Origin: Takakia lepidozioides
Taxonomy: Eukaryota > Plantae > Bryophyta
Assembly: GCA_030704615.1 (NCBI GenBank)
Contig: CM060733.1
Span: forward strand, 63,922,001 to 63,986,000
Length of the DNA stretch: 64,000 nucleotides
Direction of reading: 5' to 3'
In this document: positions 1 to 11,754 of the stretch, one piece after another
Layout of the letters: each line of letters begins with the position of its first letter
Numbering within the stretch: the stretch's first letter is position 1
Notes under the pieces: generated by a model
Seen by the model: the letters and a program-made list of their open reading frames with translations, nothing else
Database searches by the model: none
Told to the model about the DNA's origin: nothing
Translations under genes and position numbers: made by a program

Positions 1-1949
1 GGTGACCTGATGACATCGTCAGTGAATGTGCCTGGGGGAAAAGTGGACTCGGTCAAAACACTCATACTGGCAGATCCAAAAACATGTTGTTGGAAACTCA
101 GCAGAAATTCGTCCACAGGGTCCCGGTGAGGCCAGTGCATCCGAGTCTGTTGCACAATCCAGGGAACAGACTGGCTGTTAGTCTCCTGGATAGTCTGCTT
201 GGCCATCTGCTGAGTGGGTTCGTCAGTGTGCGGCACAGTCTGCTGAGGGGCAATCTGCTGGCTGGATTCGTCGGTCTGCTGCACGGTCTGCTGTACAGTC
301 TGCTGAGGGGCAGTCTGGTGGCCATGTTCGCTGGTCTGCTGCACAGTCGGCTGAGGGGCAGTCTGTTGGCCGGTCTGTTCTCCGGTCTGCTGCAAAGTCT
401 GCAAAGTTTGCTGCCCGCTTAGTACTATTTGCACATACTGAGTATGTGTGTGTGGGGCAGTCTGCTAGGAGTGATCCGGCCTATTACCCGGGACGGTCTG
501 GTGTACATGCTCGATCTCCAGCACTTGGGCAGTCTGCCCACATGTGTCGTGGGGAATATGTTGTTGGACATTCTTGTGGCCAGTCTGCTGGACAGTCTCC
601 CAAACTCCTTGTAAAGCCACGACAAGGTCCATTGCACCTCTGGCAAAAGAGTCGAAAGCAGCTTGCACTTGCTTGTCTCCCAGATCAACTTGCCCTGCAA
701 CACATGTTTATGCAAATGTGAACTTCTAAAAAAGTTGGCAAAAGAAATTGAGCTGAAACACGAAAGTTGCCCATAACATTTTACCTTCCAAGAGATTTCC
801 GACGAGGCCAATGTCCTTGATTTGCCGGCACAGGCATGCTCCATCGAGATGAGCAATGGCGCCGATGCGGTCTTTAGTTGGGATCCCACACCACAGGACT
901 TTGAAGACATTGGGATTTTGCAAAACAATGTCGAATACTGCTCGCTCCATCACCAATGCAAACCAGTGCAATGCGTCATCCACCACAAACTTCTGTGAAT
1001 GGTCTGTTCCATGGAGTAAGTCCATCCTCAAACTATGCAGATCCTTCATCAACTTGTTGTATGAGCGGAAATTGCCAAATTGCATCCATCTGTGTTGTAG
1101 GAAGGAAGCTGCCATGCGCTCAAAGTCCTCCTCAGTCAATCCGAACAAAAGCTTTCTTCGCACCCCAAAGGTTGGATGTGCCATAGGCTTATATCTGAGG
1201 TCTTCAGGCCGTGGGTCATCCATGAGAATCAGCTGCACAAGTAGAGGCGGCGCATTTTGGACGCTTGTGGCTTCAATGGCAACAGCAGAGGCGGCTTCCA
1301 GAACATGGTTGGCTTCCTCAATAGAAAACTCCATGGAATAATGAAAAGGTACAAATGACCACCGGCGGTCCGAAACAATCCGGTGGAGCTCATTATGCCA
1401 ATCCAAATGGGGATTAATTTCTCCCACCCTAAGCCGGGGAAATGTGAGGTCTTCAGCTTCGGGTCGAATTACCGGTGATGGCGATCGCCAAACTGCAAAA
1501 AGCGTCATGCTATGTGAGAGAAATGCAATCTGCTGGTCAGTCTGCTGGTCCGTAGTCTGTTGGATGACAGGACTTCCCATTGGCATGGGCTGCATGATGG
1601 GCTCCTGGAGAGGAGTCTACAGGATGACAGGCTGCTCGTTGGGAGTCTGCTGGATGATGACCTGCTGAATGGGAGTTTGCTGGATGGCAGACTCGGCTGT
1701 CCCAGACGCATTCCCCCCCGACGCGTCTTGAATATGTAATGTCGCTATAGCAGCAGATGACCCATGATACTTCAATAATATGTACTCTCGCACGCGGTCC
1801 ACTTCCGCACGCACTGCAGTTGCTTGTAAATGAGCATCATTGCTAGGTATCCGCCAAGCCTGAATGGCCCTACGAATAGAAACACGTTCATCCTGGTACA
1901 CAGCAGAGAACTTGGACATCAGGAACATGGACATGGACTCTATATTCAC
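1..1949 (-). pseudogene. Long degenerate ORF of unknown function with Gln/Thr (QQT) low-complexity tracts; runs off the window start; probably transposon cargo
   Basis: ORFs 1617..1949, 726..1595 and 465..668 share one minus frame that stays open from 464 to the window edge (QQTGEQTGQQTAPQPTVQQT...). It is broken only by in-frame TAG/TAA at 1617, 726, 708 and 465, compatible with CAG/CAA->stop. Confidence 0.55.
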
Positions 1950-2544
1950 CTCATGCAGCGGACTGGATCACAGACCAGCAGACTGACAGACGTAACGTGC
2001 GTACGTAGGGTGGAGGCAACTAGTAGACTGTACCAGTGGACTGGACCAGCGCACTGACAAATGGACTCAGTAAGTAATGCAGCGATATAAAACAGACTAA
2101 CTGACGAGCGGAGTGAGCCAGCGGACTGAGGAGAGAACGCAGCGGACTGACCAGACTGAATAGGCAACGTGACCCCGATGATGGACTCAAACAACACAGA
2201 GAACAGACTGGGCGGTCAGACTGACCATTACCTCCTCTACTTCATCATCGTCATCTTCATCTTCAAAGCTGTTCAACCAGTTCTGTTTGCCTGTCGGATG
2301 AATGTGCATAGCAGACCTGACTGGGCAACTTTGTAGAAATAACGGAAAAAGTTTGGATCCCCAATTGGTGGGCACTCTGGTGGGAAAAGCCCAAAGTCAA
2401 CGAGGCGCAATGTGCCAGGGCAGACTGGCCCTTCAGTGCTATGTTGAGTTTTTGGTTTTGACCCTAAACCGATGGCATGGGTCGCGATATTTGTGTGAGT
2501 CTGCTGCCGAATCTGGTCAGGCAAGTCAATGTCCACTGGACTTG

Positions 2545-3189
2545 TCACCCCTTCCAGGCCCTGAGCAAATTCACTTTCAGTATCAGTACTGATGGTGTGG
2601 GTGTGCCGCCCAGGACGGGGTCAGTCTGTTGCGTGGATTTTGCCCTTGCCTCGCGAGCAGACCTTGTAGCCTTCTCCTTTTTTTGTCTCTCCTTTTTTTG
2701 GGCCCCATCACTCAGTTTACATTTTCTGGCAGCATCCAGGGTTCCCTGCACTTGCAAATCCTCCATTGACAGGCCACCAGAATGGACGCCATACCATGCG
2801 CGCACTTCGTCTAATTCCAAAGTGCGAGGGTCAAGCACTGATCCGCGCAAGCGCATTGTGGCCTCTTTGACAATCGACATTTCTTTCAGTATCGGCCAAG
2901 GCTTGAAATCCCGTGGAATCATTGCAACAGTCTTCTTGCAACCCGTGTCAACACAATGCCGATTTAGTTGGATTTTGTCCTTGATAACCTCTTCACAGAA
3001 GGGACAGAAGAGCTTGTCCTTCTGCCAATTCGAGTTTTTGGGCTTCCGGGCGCGGAGGTCTACAAATGCTTCCACTATTTTATGATCAAACTCGTCTGGT
3101 GAGTACCAGTACCTTCGCTCCTTCTTCAGTCTGGTTTGGTGCACAAAATCCACCCAGTCCGCTCCACCCTTTTCACAAGCATCCTCCAT
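2545..3189 (-). CDS. Hypothetical protein/exon with a CxxC..H..C putative zinc-binding motif and a basic tract
   Basis: 214-aa ORF containing FCPFCEEVIKDKIQLNRHCVDTGC and KKERQKKEK; an acceptor-like ttcattctgcag lies just upstream on the minus strand. Confidence 0.4.
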   Translation of the reverse strand: MEDACEKGGADWVDFVHQTRLKKERRYWYSPDEFDHKIVEAFVDLRARKPKNSNWQKDKLFCPFCEEVIKDKIQLNRHCVDTGCKKTVAMIPRDFKPWPILKEMSIVKEATMRLRGSVLDPRTLELDEVRAWYGVHSGGLSMEDLQVQGTLDAARKCKLSDGAQKKERQKKEKATRSAREARAKSTQQTDPVLGGTPTPSVLILKVNLLRAWKG

Positions 3190-4141
3190 CGCTGCAGAAT
3201 GAAACGAGGGTGCAAGGACAATGAGCGACAGAGAGAAGTCCTATGAAAAGACTCACCCTAAGCAAGAAGAGGACACAGAATGGAATGGAAACACCGCAGC
3301 AAGTGAGAACCTCACCGAGCCGATGAACTTCGAGTTGTTACGAAGGCGAGCGTGTTTGCGACGCTTCGCGGCTCACCGTGATTCTCCACACCAAGGGAAG
3401 AACGGATGTCTTTCGTTACGGTGATGGAAACGCAAAGAGGAAAACAAAACAGTGCAAAACAGTGCGAAGAAACAGGCGCGAAGAGAATGGAGTCGATCGC
3501 ACAGGGAACATGAGAAGAAAGTAGAAGTAGAAGGGGGAAAGCGGGCATGGCACTGCCAACGTGGCGCGATTTCACAGGCGCCAACTATCCGTCGTCATCG
3601 CATTGAATACGTCCACCGAACGAACGCGTCGTACTAAATTCATCCACGGTCCTCGCAAGTGCAGCAGACTCATTTCCCATCGGGCCGAGAGTCCAGCGGA
3701 CTATTCGTTTTGCTGAGGCGAAGCGGCTTCATATTGGAGGCACTTCCCTGCCAGCGGAATGAAGACAAAAGAGAGTAAGGAGAGAAGAGGAAAGTCGAAC
3801 ACACCCATTGCAAACAGACTCGCGGCACAACAGACTGATGCATGCATAGTCCAACAGACTGATATCCATATAGGAGAACTGTCCAGCAGACGGACGTTTC
3901 GCCAGACTGGCGGGAGAACAAGCCAAAAGACTAACCGGAGGAAAATAAGAAGTCAAACAGACTTAATGCAACAGACTTCCGACACAACAGACTGACAAAT
4001 TCACAAATGCGACAGACTGATATCCCAATAGACGGACTTCCAGCAGACCGCCTCCAAACTGACTGTTATACACGCGATAAGGGGAATATCCAGAGCACTG
4101 ACGGGCCAACGGATCCACTGTGAACAGACTCGCGACACAAC

Positions 4142-4290
4142 GGACCTCAAACATCCACGCGCATTTGCAGATGCAATTGTCTCAGCCTGGTCCGTCTCCT
4201 GGCAAATGCGACAATGTACCGATTCTGCACCTACTCTCGTCGTGGCTCAGACATCTGCATTCAGCAGGTGCGTGTGGATGTTTGAGGACC
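4142..4290. repeat. Imperfect inverted repeat (about 46-bp arms)
   Basis: ggacctcaaacatccacgcgcatttgcagatgcaattgtctcagcc (4142-4187) pairs with ggctcagacatctgcattcagcaggtgcgtgtggatgtttgaggacc (4244-4290). Confidence 0.75.
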
Positions 4291-5900
4291 TTACGACTGG
4301 ATGGTGTTCCGTGACGACTCGAATTGCTTTTTTGTGCTGCCATCCCTTATATAATACCATGTGGATCCATCACAAAGTTGGGTTTCTTCAGATTCTCCAC
4401 CCTTTTCCACAACTTATGCACGACGGATGCAAGCCACTATATTTGGTCACATAAACAGTCCCATCGTCCGATACGAAATTGCAATACACGCCCCCATGTG
4501 CATACGCTTCCGCCATTTTCGCGCCCATGTTACCCATGGGTTCCTTTAACGAACTAAACTTGTGAAGGCTCTCATGAGGGATGCAGTACGAAGGGGCTAA
4601 ACGTATCATGACGGATCACAAGCAAAGGACATAGAACCAAACCATAAAACGAAGGTTCCCGAAAGCACAACAAGAAGGCAACGATAGTGGAAGCATATGC
4701 ACGATGGTGGCTGTAGTGCCGAGACGGTCCTCTCATGTTCAAGCATACGCTTCACCATCATCATGAACATCGCACGCAAAAGAGGAACAGTCGCGTGCAT
4801 GGAAACGCCTACCGCAACATCGGACAACAAACAGCCGTCAAAAGAGAGCGGCCGGGATTTGGTGGGAAGATCATTGCCATTTTTGCAGCCCTAAAAATGG
4901 AGGGCTCGGATGGGTTATGGGAATGGACGGTGGCGATCCTGCGTCGTCAGCGGACTGGCGGGCAGACTGGCAGGGCACCGGACTGGCAGACTGGAGGGCA
5001 GCGGACTCATGGGCAGGGGACTGGCCGCGCGGCGGACGGGGGGCGCGGGCGCGGTTGCTGCAGCCGCGCCCGTGGCTGGGCGACCGCGCACAGCGACGGG
5101 CGGGGCGGGCGGGCGGGGTGCTGGGGAGCCGGGCGTCCGTGCGCGGGGCCCACTAGCCACATCGCACGTGCCCATTGAAGACCCTATTATCTTAAAATGA
5201 GAGGCGACCCACAGAGCCCCACTTTACGGACCCATAAAAGGGGAAGGTGATTGGTTGGCCCGGTGTAGTGTGGGGTGTGGCAGAGCACAGAGATCCTTAT
5301 TTGCATGTTTGCCCAGTTCTGTTCTGCTTTTCGTCCGTGGCCCTGCACTCATACGGCATAAGTACTGCTTCTAGGGTAAAAAACCGCCTAGAAATTCCCT
5401 TTGGTCTCAGATGGAAGGGTCTCATCAGCTGCCCTTCCCCTATACTACACATACCACACTACAATACACTGCATTTATCTTTATCTTTTGTATGTAGGAG
5501 CTACTGTAGCGATCACTCCTCCTGCAACGCTGCTAACCCACATATTTAGGGAGGGGTCGGTAGTTGTGGGATGTTTCTAAATAAAGATGGGCAGTAGAGG
5601 CTATTCCTTCTTCATAAGACTTGAGCAAACGAAAAAAAAGAACTTGGAGGAAACGCAGGAGGCTACGCGGCCACATATGGCACCACTGCTCCAGTGAACT
5701 CCGAGACAACAATTGAGTCCTTTCATTCTCACTAAAAGGGTATCATACGGCTCCTAGAGTAAATATGTACAAGAGTAGCATAATATCCACAACTGTTTTC
5801 TCTACCCCATGATCAATAGTGTCATGCAGGCATGGCCAGAGATTGCAGTGCTTGCAATTGCATTCGTCTTGATGACCTGATAAATAGCCTCCATCATTAA

Positions 5901-6730
5901 CCCCTAATGGACGAGGCAGTTTTTGGTGGGCCCTCTCCAAACAGGACATACCCTCACGGATGAGGGTATATCTCTCAGGAAACTAACATCCACAGGGATG
6001 AACCATATGAATGGGAGGCTACCTACTTCATCCAGCTTCTGTGAAAATTTCAGCTCATTCCACAGTGTCGTTTGGAAGATTATAAGAAATTTGCAAGCCC
6101 AAAATTTGGGGTACACTCCAAATTTAGAGTGGAAAAATGGTTTGACCAGAAAATTGGATCGACAAAATATTTTTTCCTCACAAGACCCCATCCAGATTCC
6201 AATTATGTGGCACCTAAAGCATGTTGCCCCAAAATTTCAAAGCAGAATTCCAAAATCTTGATAAGGTTGCTTTGTATGGAAAAACAGGGGGGTCAAAACA
6301 CACCATGAAGCTCAAATGACACGTAATTCAGGCTTAGGGGGGTTGAAATTTCCTTGGAATCACAGTTGCTGCGGTGAAAGTGCTCCTTGAATGATGAACT
6401 ACTACCTCCAAAAAGAGATTCAGAATTCTAACAAAAATTTAGGCAGAGATTTGCATTTGTTTCCATTTGTACTTTTGCCTTATTGTCACCCCTTCAGCCT
6501 GCCACGTCGCTAAGTCAAAGTTGCCGGACGACCAATTTTGGGCACCCCTGCACACTAAAAAAGCGGGGCTTTTATTATTTTAGGGTGCCATAAAGACGTG
6601 CATGACATCAAGGCGCACAACTTTCGTTCAGAAAGTTTTTCATCCAAGGTCATCCAACGATTTGCCATCGTGGATGATTTCTGACGCGACCCTGACGCGA
6701 CCCGAAACGGGTCGCCTCGTCCATTAGGGG
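5901..6730. mobile_element. Non-autonomous TIR element with TTAA target site (piggyBac-like MITE)
   Basis: Perfect 17-bp TIRs CCCCTAATGGACGAGGC (5901-5917) / GCCTCGTCCATTAGGGG (6714-6730); TTAA on both sides (5897-5900, 6731-6734); subterminal tgacgcgaccc direct repeat and gcgacccgaaacgggtcgc palindrome at the right end. Confidence 0.8.
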
Positions 6731-6876
6731 TTAACAGGGCCCAAGCAGGACAAGATATGATCCCCTTCATCACATCTGCCTGCCTGGTGGCACTGCACTG
6801 CTCAAACATGAAGGCCGTCGTTTGACTGCACGGTTGGGTTCAGAAGGATTTGCAGCCAAACACACAACACGTGCCT

Positions 6877-7118
6877 CTTTTTTTTTGTTTTTTGTTTTTT
6901 TTGGTTTTTAAGAGGAAACCTGGGAGCGACAGCCCACAATTCAGGCCCTTGAGGAGGGGGAAAAATTAACCCCCTTATGGGCCATGAGGCCTTCAGGACG
7001 ATCAACGCCCAGACATACCGTCACGAACAATCCCACACACGGGGCAGGGCATCGGGTTTGAACCCCGAACCACCGGGGTGACACACCGTGCACTTACCAG
7101 CTGAGCTACCAGCCGATG
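6877..7118 (-). mobile_element. tRNA-derived SINE
   Basis: Minus strand begins ggctggTAGCTCAGCTGGtaag (A box) ... gGTTCAAACCc (B box), followed by a non-tRNA body and an A-rich tail (T tract at 6877-6909 on +). No TSD found. Confidence 0.75.
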
Positions 7119-7519
7119 TGTTATTTATTTTTCATTTTTAAAGAAAATTTAAAGGGGACGGAGGCCCTAAAAATCATATTAAATGGAATCAGAGTACAGG
7201 AGATAAAATAACCTCCAGGGGCGGGCTGTGAAGGCAAGTCGCATTGGGAACAACCCAAGAACCGTCTAACTATGAGGGGCGAGGGAGAAAAGTAAATTGG
7301 GCAACACTGCGCCTAGAAAGAAAACTCTAGATCTAAGGGGCCTAGATTAGAGCAAGGAGCCAGCAAAAGATAATAACCGATGGGCAACACCGAGGCCACT
7401 AAGATACTCTAGATTTAAAGGGCTAGATCAGAGCTGGAAGCAAGAGCCTGAAATAAGAAACATGAAGCAGGGAGGCAGCACTGAGCCCAAAGAGGACCTC
7501 AAGACTGAAAGAGCCTAGA

Positions 7520-8960
7520 GCAGAGTCACAAGCTAAAACTAGGCATCTCCACTGAAATCTAGTTGTGCTTTAATCCTTGGGATGCGAAGCTTGCGGTGCC
7601 TCCAATTGACCTCTGGGTCATCACTTTCAATCGGGGACCTACCAGTAGTCGGGAGGATGTGATGCCAGATGATGGCCTCGCGGGTAGATGTGCGGGAGCA
7701 AAGGATGTGATCCTTGCCCCAAGAGATATCAAAGGAAGAGATAAGTTGTTGCCGCCTCATTTTGCTACATTTTGTTGCATGCTGCAAGCAAAGACCCCCA
7801 TGCCTTGAACCCCTCAGTCATCAGATCTAAAAAGATCTTGTGCAGAATTGATCTGATGTTGGGGTGACGTCCATCAAACACAAAGGATCATCTGGACTTC
7901 CACAAAGTGTGAGCTCTAAGGCATGCCCACACAGGGCAGCCATTCCAGAGTTGACCCTCCGAGCAATTAAGGAGGAACAATAAAGAAGAGGGGAGCCCAC
8001 AGGGACCCAAGAAGAATAAAAGCACAGACCAACGATCAGACTCTTGCTGACAATGGACAAATAGCAAGGCAATGCTCAATTGTTTCCACACAGTTTCTAG
8101 AGCACAGAGTACAGGTCGGGTTCCCTTCAGCCAAGTGTGCCGCAACGGGCAAAATATGGTTGGCAATTTTCTAGAGGAAGGCTGAGATCTTCGCAGCTCT
8201 GTCATTATGCCAAATATCCTTCTAGATTCCATTGAATCCTGGCATTAGGGATATGAAGCCATTTTTTGGACCATTTGAGCGAAGTTCACCAAGCCGAGGA
8301 GGAGCCTATAGCCCAGCTTTGCAGTATAACCAAAGAAAGGGGTCTTGGAGGGGTTCATCCAAGACCATTCTCCAGGATCGAACTGAAGGCCAGCGAGAGG
8401 GAGCCTTAGAAACCAGTTTAGTTTGGAGTGATAAGCCCACTGAGCCATCCCCATGGGGGGAAGTGGGTTTGAGGCACCTGACACCATATCAGTCACTCTG
8501 ATAGGTTCAACAAGTCTGCTCTACATGCAGTCCTCCATGAAAGCAGCGTCCCTATGGTGGGCCACAGAGCCTTCAGAAATTCCACCGGGAGGCCATCCAA
8601 ACCAGGAGCCCTACCACGGCTGAGAGAGGCAATAGCCTCATCAAGCTCAGTAAGGGAGAAAGGGATCTCCAGTTTATCTTTATCCTGCTGCCTGAGAGAG
8701 ACCGGGACCGAGTCCAGAATGCAGTCAGCAACTGCACCTGACTCCTAAGAGGGCTAATGTCTAGAAAATAGTCAGCAGCCAAGCCCGCCATTTTCTTGGC
8801 ATCAGAGTGAAGAACTCCCCTAGAATCAACCAGGGAGGCAATGGAATTCGCCATTCTTCTCTGTTTGGCTTTGATAAAGAAATATTTGTTCATTTTTTCT
8901 CCTTTTAAAGACCAATTGATGCCCGTTTCCTTTTCCAAGCATCCTCTTTGTATTTCCTAA
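7520..8960 (-). pseudogene. Degenerate L1-type non-LTR retrotransposon ORF2 fragment, RT core deleted
   Basis: EKMNKYFF..., then frameshifted FSLTELDEAIASLSRGRAPGLDGLPVEF (pre-RT motif), and a C-terminal ET.EHCL..C zf-RVT-like remnant near 8050-8120. Confidence 0.7.
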
Positions 8961-9504
8961 CCGCCTGCAGATTTGACTTACCCGTGAAGTTGTTTGAGAG
9001 ACATCTTGAGGGCTCATGGAGAGTTATTTGAGAGACCCTTGAAAGGTAGTCTTGTCTATTGCTCTAGCAAGAGAGTGTAGAGATAGGGTAGTGGGATGAG
9101 AGCATACTGGGATTAGGAATTGCTTTAGTTCTCTTCCTTGTAGTCCTTCACCCTTTCTGTAGGCCAAAACCTTTCTGTAGGTGGAGGCAAGGGTCAGTCC
9201 GGGTTTGGGCTGGGGTGTCATTACAGGAGCGACACTGTGGAGTAGTTTTTGGTGTGGGGGAGTTGTTGTTTGATTTTCTTGTGTTTGGATCCCCCCCACA
9301 TCGGTGGTGAGGCTGGGGTGATGACCAGTTAAACCATCATTGTTTCTCGTATGGTGAGGCTGGGTTGATGACCAGCAGACCATAGGAGTGTTTGCGGTGG
9401 ATGCAGATGCAGGTGCAGGTTTACGTTAGAAACCTAGTATTCCAAACCATAAGCCGCAACAGGTGAATCTTCTTGTGGAAAGGGGGATTAGAGACAGGTT
9501 TACA
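8960..9504. repeat. LTR-like dispersed repeat; inverted copy at 46656-47420
   Basis: Shares long blocks in reverse complement (aacctgtctctaatcccc, cctgttgcggc, ggtctgctggtcatcaacccagcctcacca, cacagtgtcgctcctg); ends ...TTTACA. Confidence 0.65.
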
Positions 9505-10004
9505 ACCACTACAAGAGATGAGCATTTTTAGGACTATGGCTTTTGCGGAGTCATAAAAACGGCACTAGGTACACGACTACAGATCGTTGAAATGCGTTGC
9601 AGTCATAGTTTTATCACTCTGTAGTAATGGATATCACTATATGACTCCGGAAAGGTAGGGAGCATTGGTTAAACATTGTTGACCACGATGACAGGGATGG
9701 TTTATATGACTCGCGTCATATGGACTACACGTGGATGAATTTTCCTATAATTGTATGACTTCATGACTGAATATGGTTTCATAGCTCTAATTATACGACT
9801 GCATCACTACACGTGTCATTTTGAAGGCACATACACGAATGTATTCATCCATTGGGTAAGTTCATTCATCAATGATCAAAGTGCAAAAGGTTTTTTTTTT
9901 TCTTAAAGTTGCTTATAGGGTTGCCCATTAGGGTAGCCGTGAACAGAGGGCTGGGACTTGGCCTCCTTTTGGGCTTCTTTTTGTCTCTCGCCACACCATA
10001 TGTT

Positions 10005-10530
10005 TTCTTAGTATCCACGAGCCTAGAGCATGGAACGCGATGATCGCAGGATGTGCAGAGGTGTGGGATGGAGGCTTTGAAGACCTATTCCTGAGCAAAT
10101 GATGCAGGAAGGGGCGAGGGTAGGCACAGCGTGGAGGTTGTATAGAGGCTTCGGAGACATATGAGCAAATAATGCAGGAAGGGGTGAAGCCGGACCGGGT
10201 CACGTTCGTTTGTGTTTGCAATGCGTGTGCGAGCCTAGCAGCCCTAGGAAAGGGTAAAAGGTCCATGGTGCCATTGTCAAATTTGGAATTGTACCTGATG
10301 TCATTCTGAACAATACCCTCATGGACAATGTGGCAGTATTGAGGATACAAAGGGAGTGTTTGAGAATATGGCTGAACGAAATGTCGTGTCCTAGAGTGCG
10401 ATGATCGCGGGATATGCACAACAGGGATGCGGGATGGAGGCATTGGAGACCTATGAGCAAATGATGCGGGAAGGGGTAAAGGCAAACTTGGTCACATTCG
10501 TTTGTAGATGTAATGCGTGTGCGAGCTTGA
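10005..10530 (+). pseudogene. PLS-class PPR fragments
   Basis: MIAGYAQQGCGMEALETYEQMMREGVKANLVTFVCRCNACAS (P-L motifs) with frameshifts and stops. Confidence 0.85.
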
Positions 10531-11224
10531 TTCTTCTTCGACCTGTTTCAGCCTGTTTTGCCTTCTCATTAGACTCGGCCCTAGATTGCTCGGCGGAGCA
10601 GAACTGGCATGAGTTTTTTACAGGACATTACGTTATTTCTTGAGCAGAGTTTGAAGTTCGTTATTTCTCATCGTGTAGAGCCCAATGGAGCCCAAAACAA
10701 CTTGCATGAATGTTGTTGAAAGCTCACTAACACCCCTAAATAAAGGACCATGTCAACATGTTGATGTTGTTGGATTTTCGATCACAAACCTCTACCTTGG
10801 AGCACGGAGCAAAGCTGGCATGAGTTTTTTAAAGATCCTTCACGATGGTGGGAGAACCGCAATCGCAAGGTTTGCCTTTTTTTCAATGTACGATGTGAAG
10901 AAGTTTGTCCATCCTGCAAATGTGGGCTCTTGGCTCCTGTTAGTACCATGATTTGGTATTCTTTCTGATGTGTACAAGGTTCTTGGGAGAGTCAGCTTGG
11001 TCTTAGCAGGCCGCGTTTCAATCTCTGCCCGCTCAGCTGCACCGTGGTGAATGTCTGCTGGAAACAGATACAGGTTAGCATAGGGACTAGTGTGATAAGT
11101 AGGGTTGGGTTGTTTGCTGGAACAATTCTAGGTTGTCGTTGTGAACTGCTAGCAGCAAGGCAGGGATATTGTATGCATGATTTGTGCAGAGGCATGGATA
11201 GCTGAAGGAGCAGGGATAGAGTGT

Positions 11225-11660
11225 GGGTCCAGATTCATCCAAGAGGGCCGGATTTCAAGCTTCAGATTACCTATGACTCCCTGTGGAAGGATAGCTACAA
11301 GAAACCTGCACGGGTACTAGATGGTCAATTGGAAGTCGCAGCAGCAGCGACACAATTGATAAAATCGGGGCACTGCTACTGATCAAGGCACCTTCTTCAA
11401 CACATTTCACCCTGTTTTTCCCTCTTATCATAATCGGCCCTAAATTGGTGAGGGCACCATTTTCTTCAACCTATTTCAGTATGTTTTGCCCTCTCATCAT
11501 TAGGGTTGGGGTGTTTGTTGGAAGAGGGCCGGATTTCAAGCACAAGATTACCTATGATTCCCTGTGCATCCATTGCTACAAGAAACCTGCATGGGTAGAT
11601 GATGAACTGGAAGCCGCAGCAGCGGCGACACAATTGATAAAATTAGGCACTGCTAATGAA
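11225..11660 (+). pseudogene. Two C-terminal halves of the OSB-type PDF motif
   Basis: IHPRGPDFKLQITYDSLW..SYKKPA (about 11234-11310) and RGPDFKHKITYDSLCIHCYKKPAWVDDEL (about 11523-11610). Confidence 0.75.
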
Positions 11661-11754
11661 GGCAACCTTTTTCAACACATTTCACCCTGTTTTTCCCTCT
11701 TATCAAAATCGGCCCTAAATGTTCATGTTGATTACTGGTTGAGTGAACCTTTGA

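Noticed and set aside
7045-7118. tRNA gene
   Set aside because: A and B boxes are present, but there is no convincing acceptor stem and it continues into a body and A-tail, which fits a SINE.
9507-9880. CACTA element starting CACTACAAGA, possibly pairing with TCTTGTAGTG at 49255-49264
   Set aside because: No matching 3-bp TSD or CACTA transposase; the right-hand motif overlaps an LTR-like repeat. At most a lone terminus.
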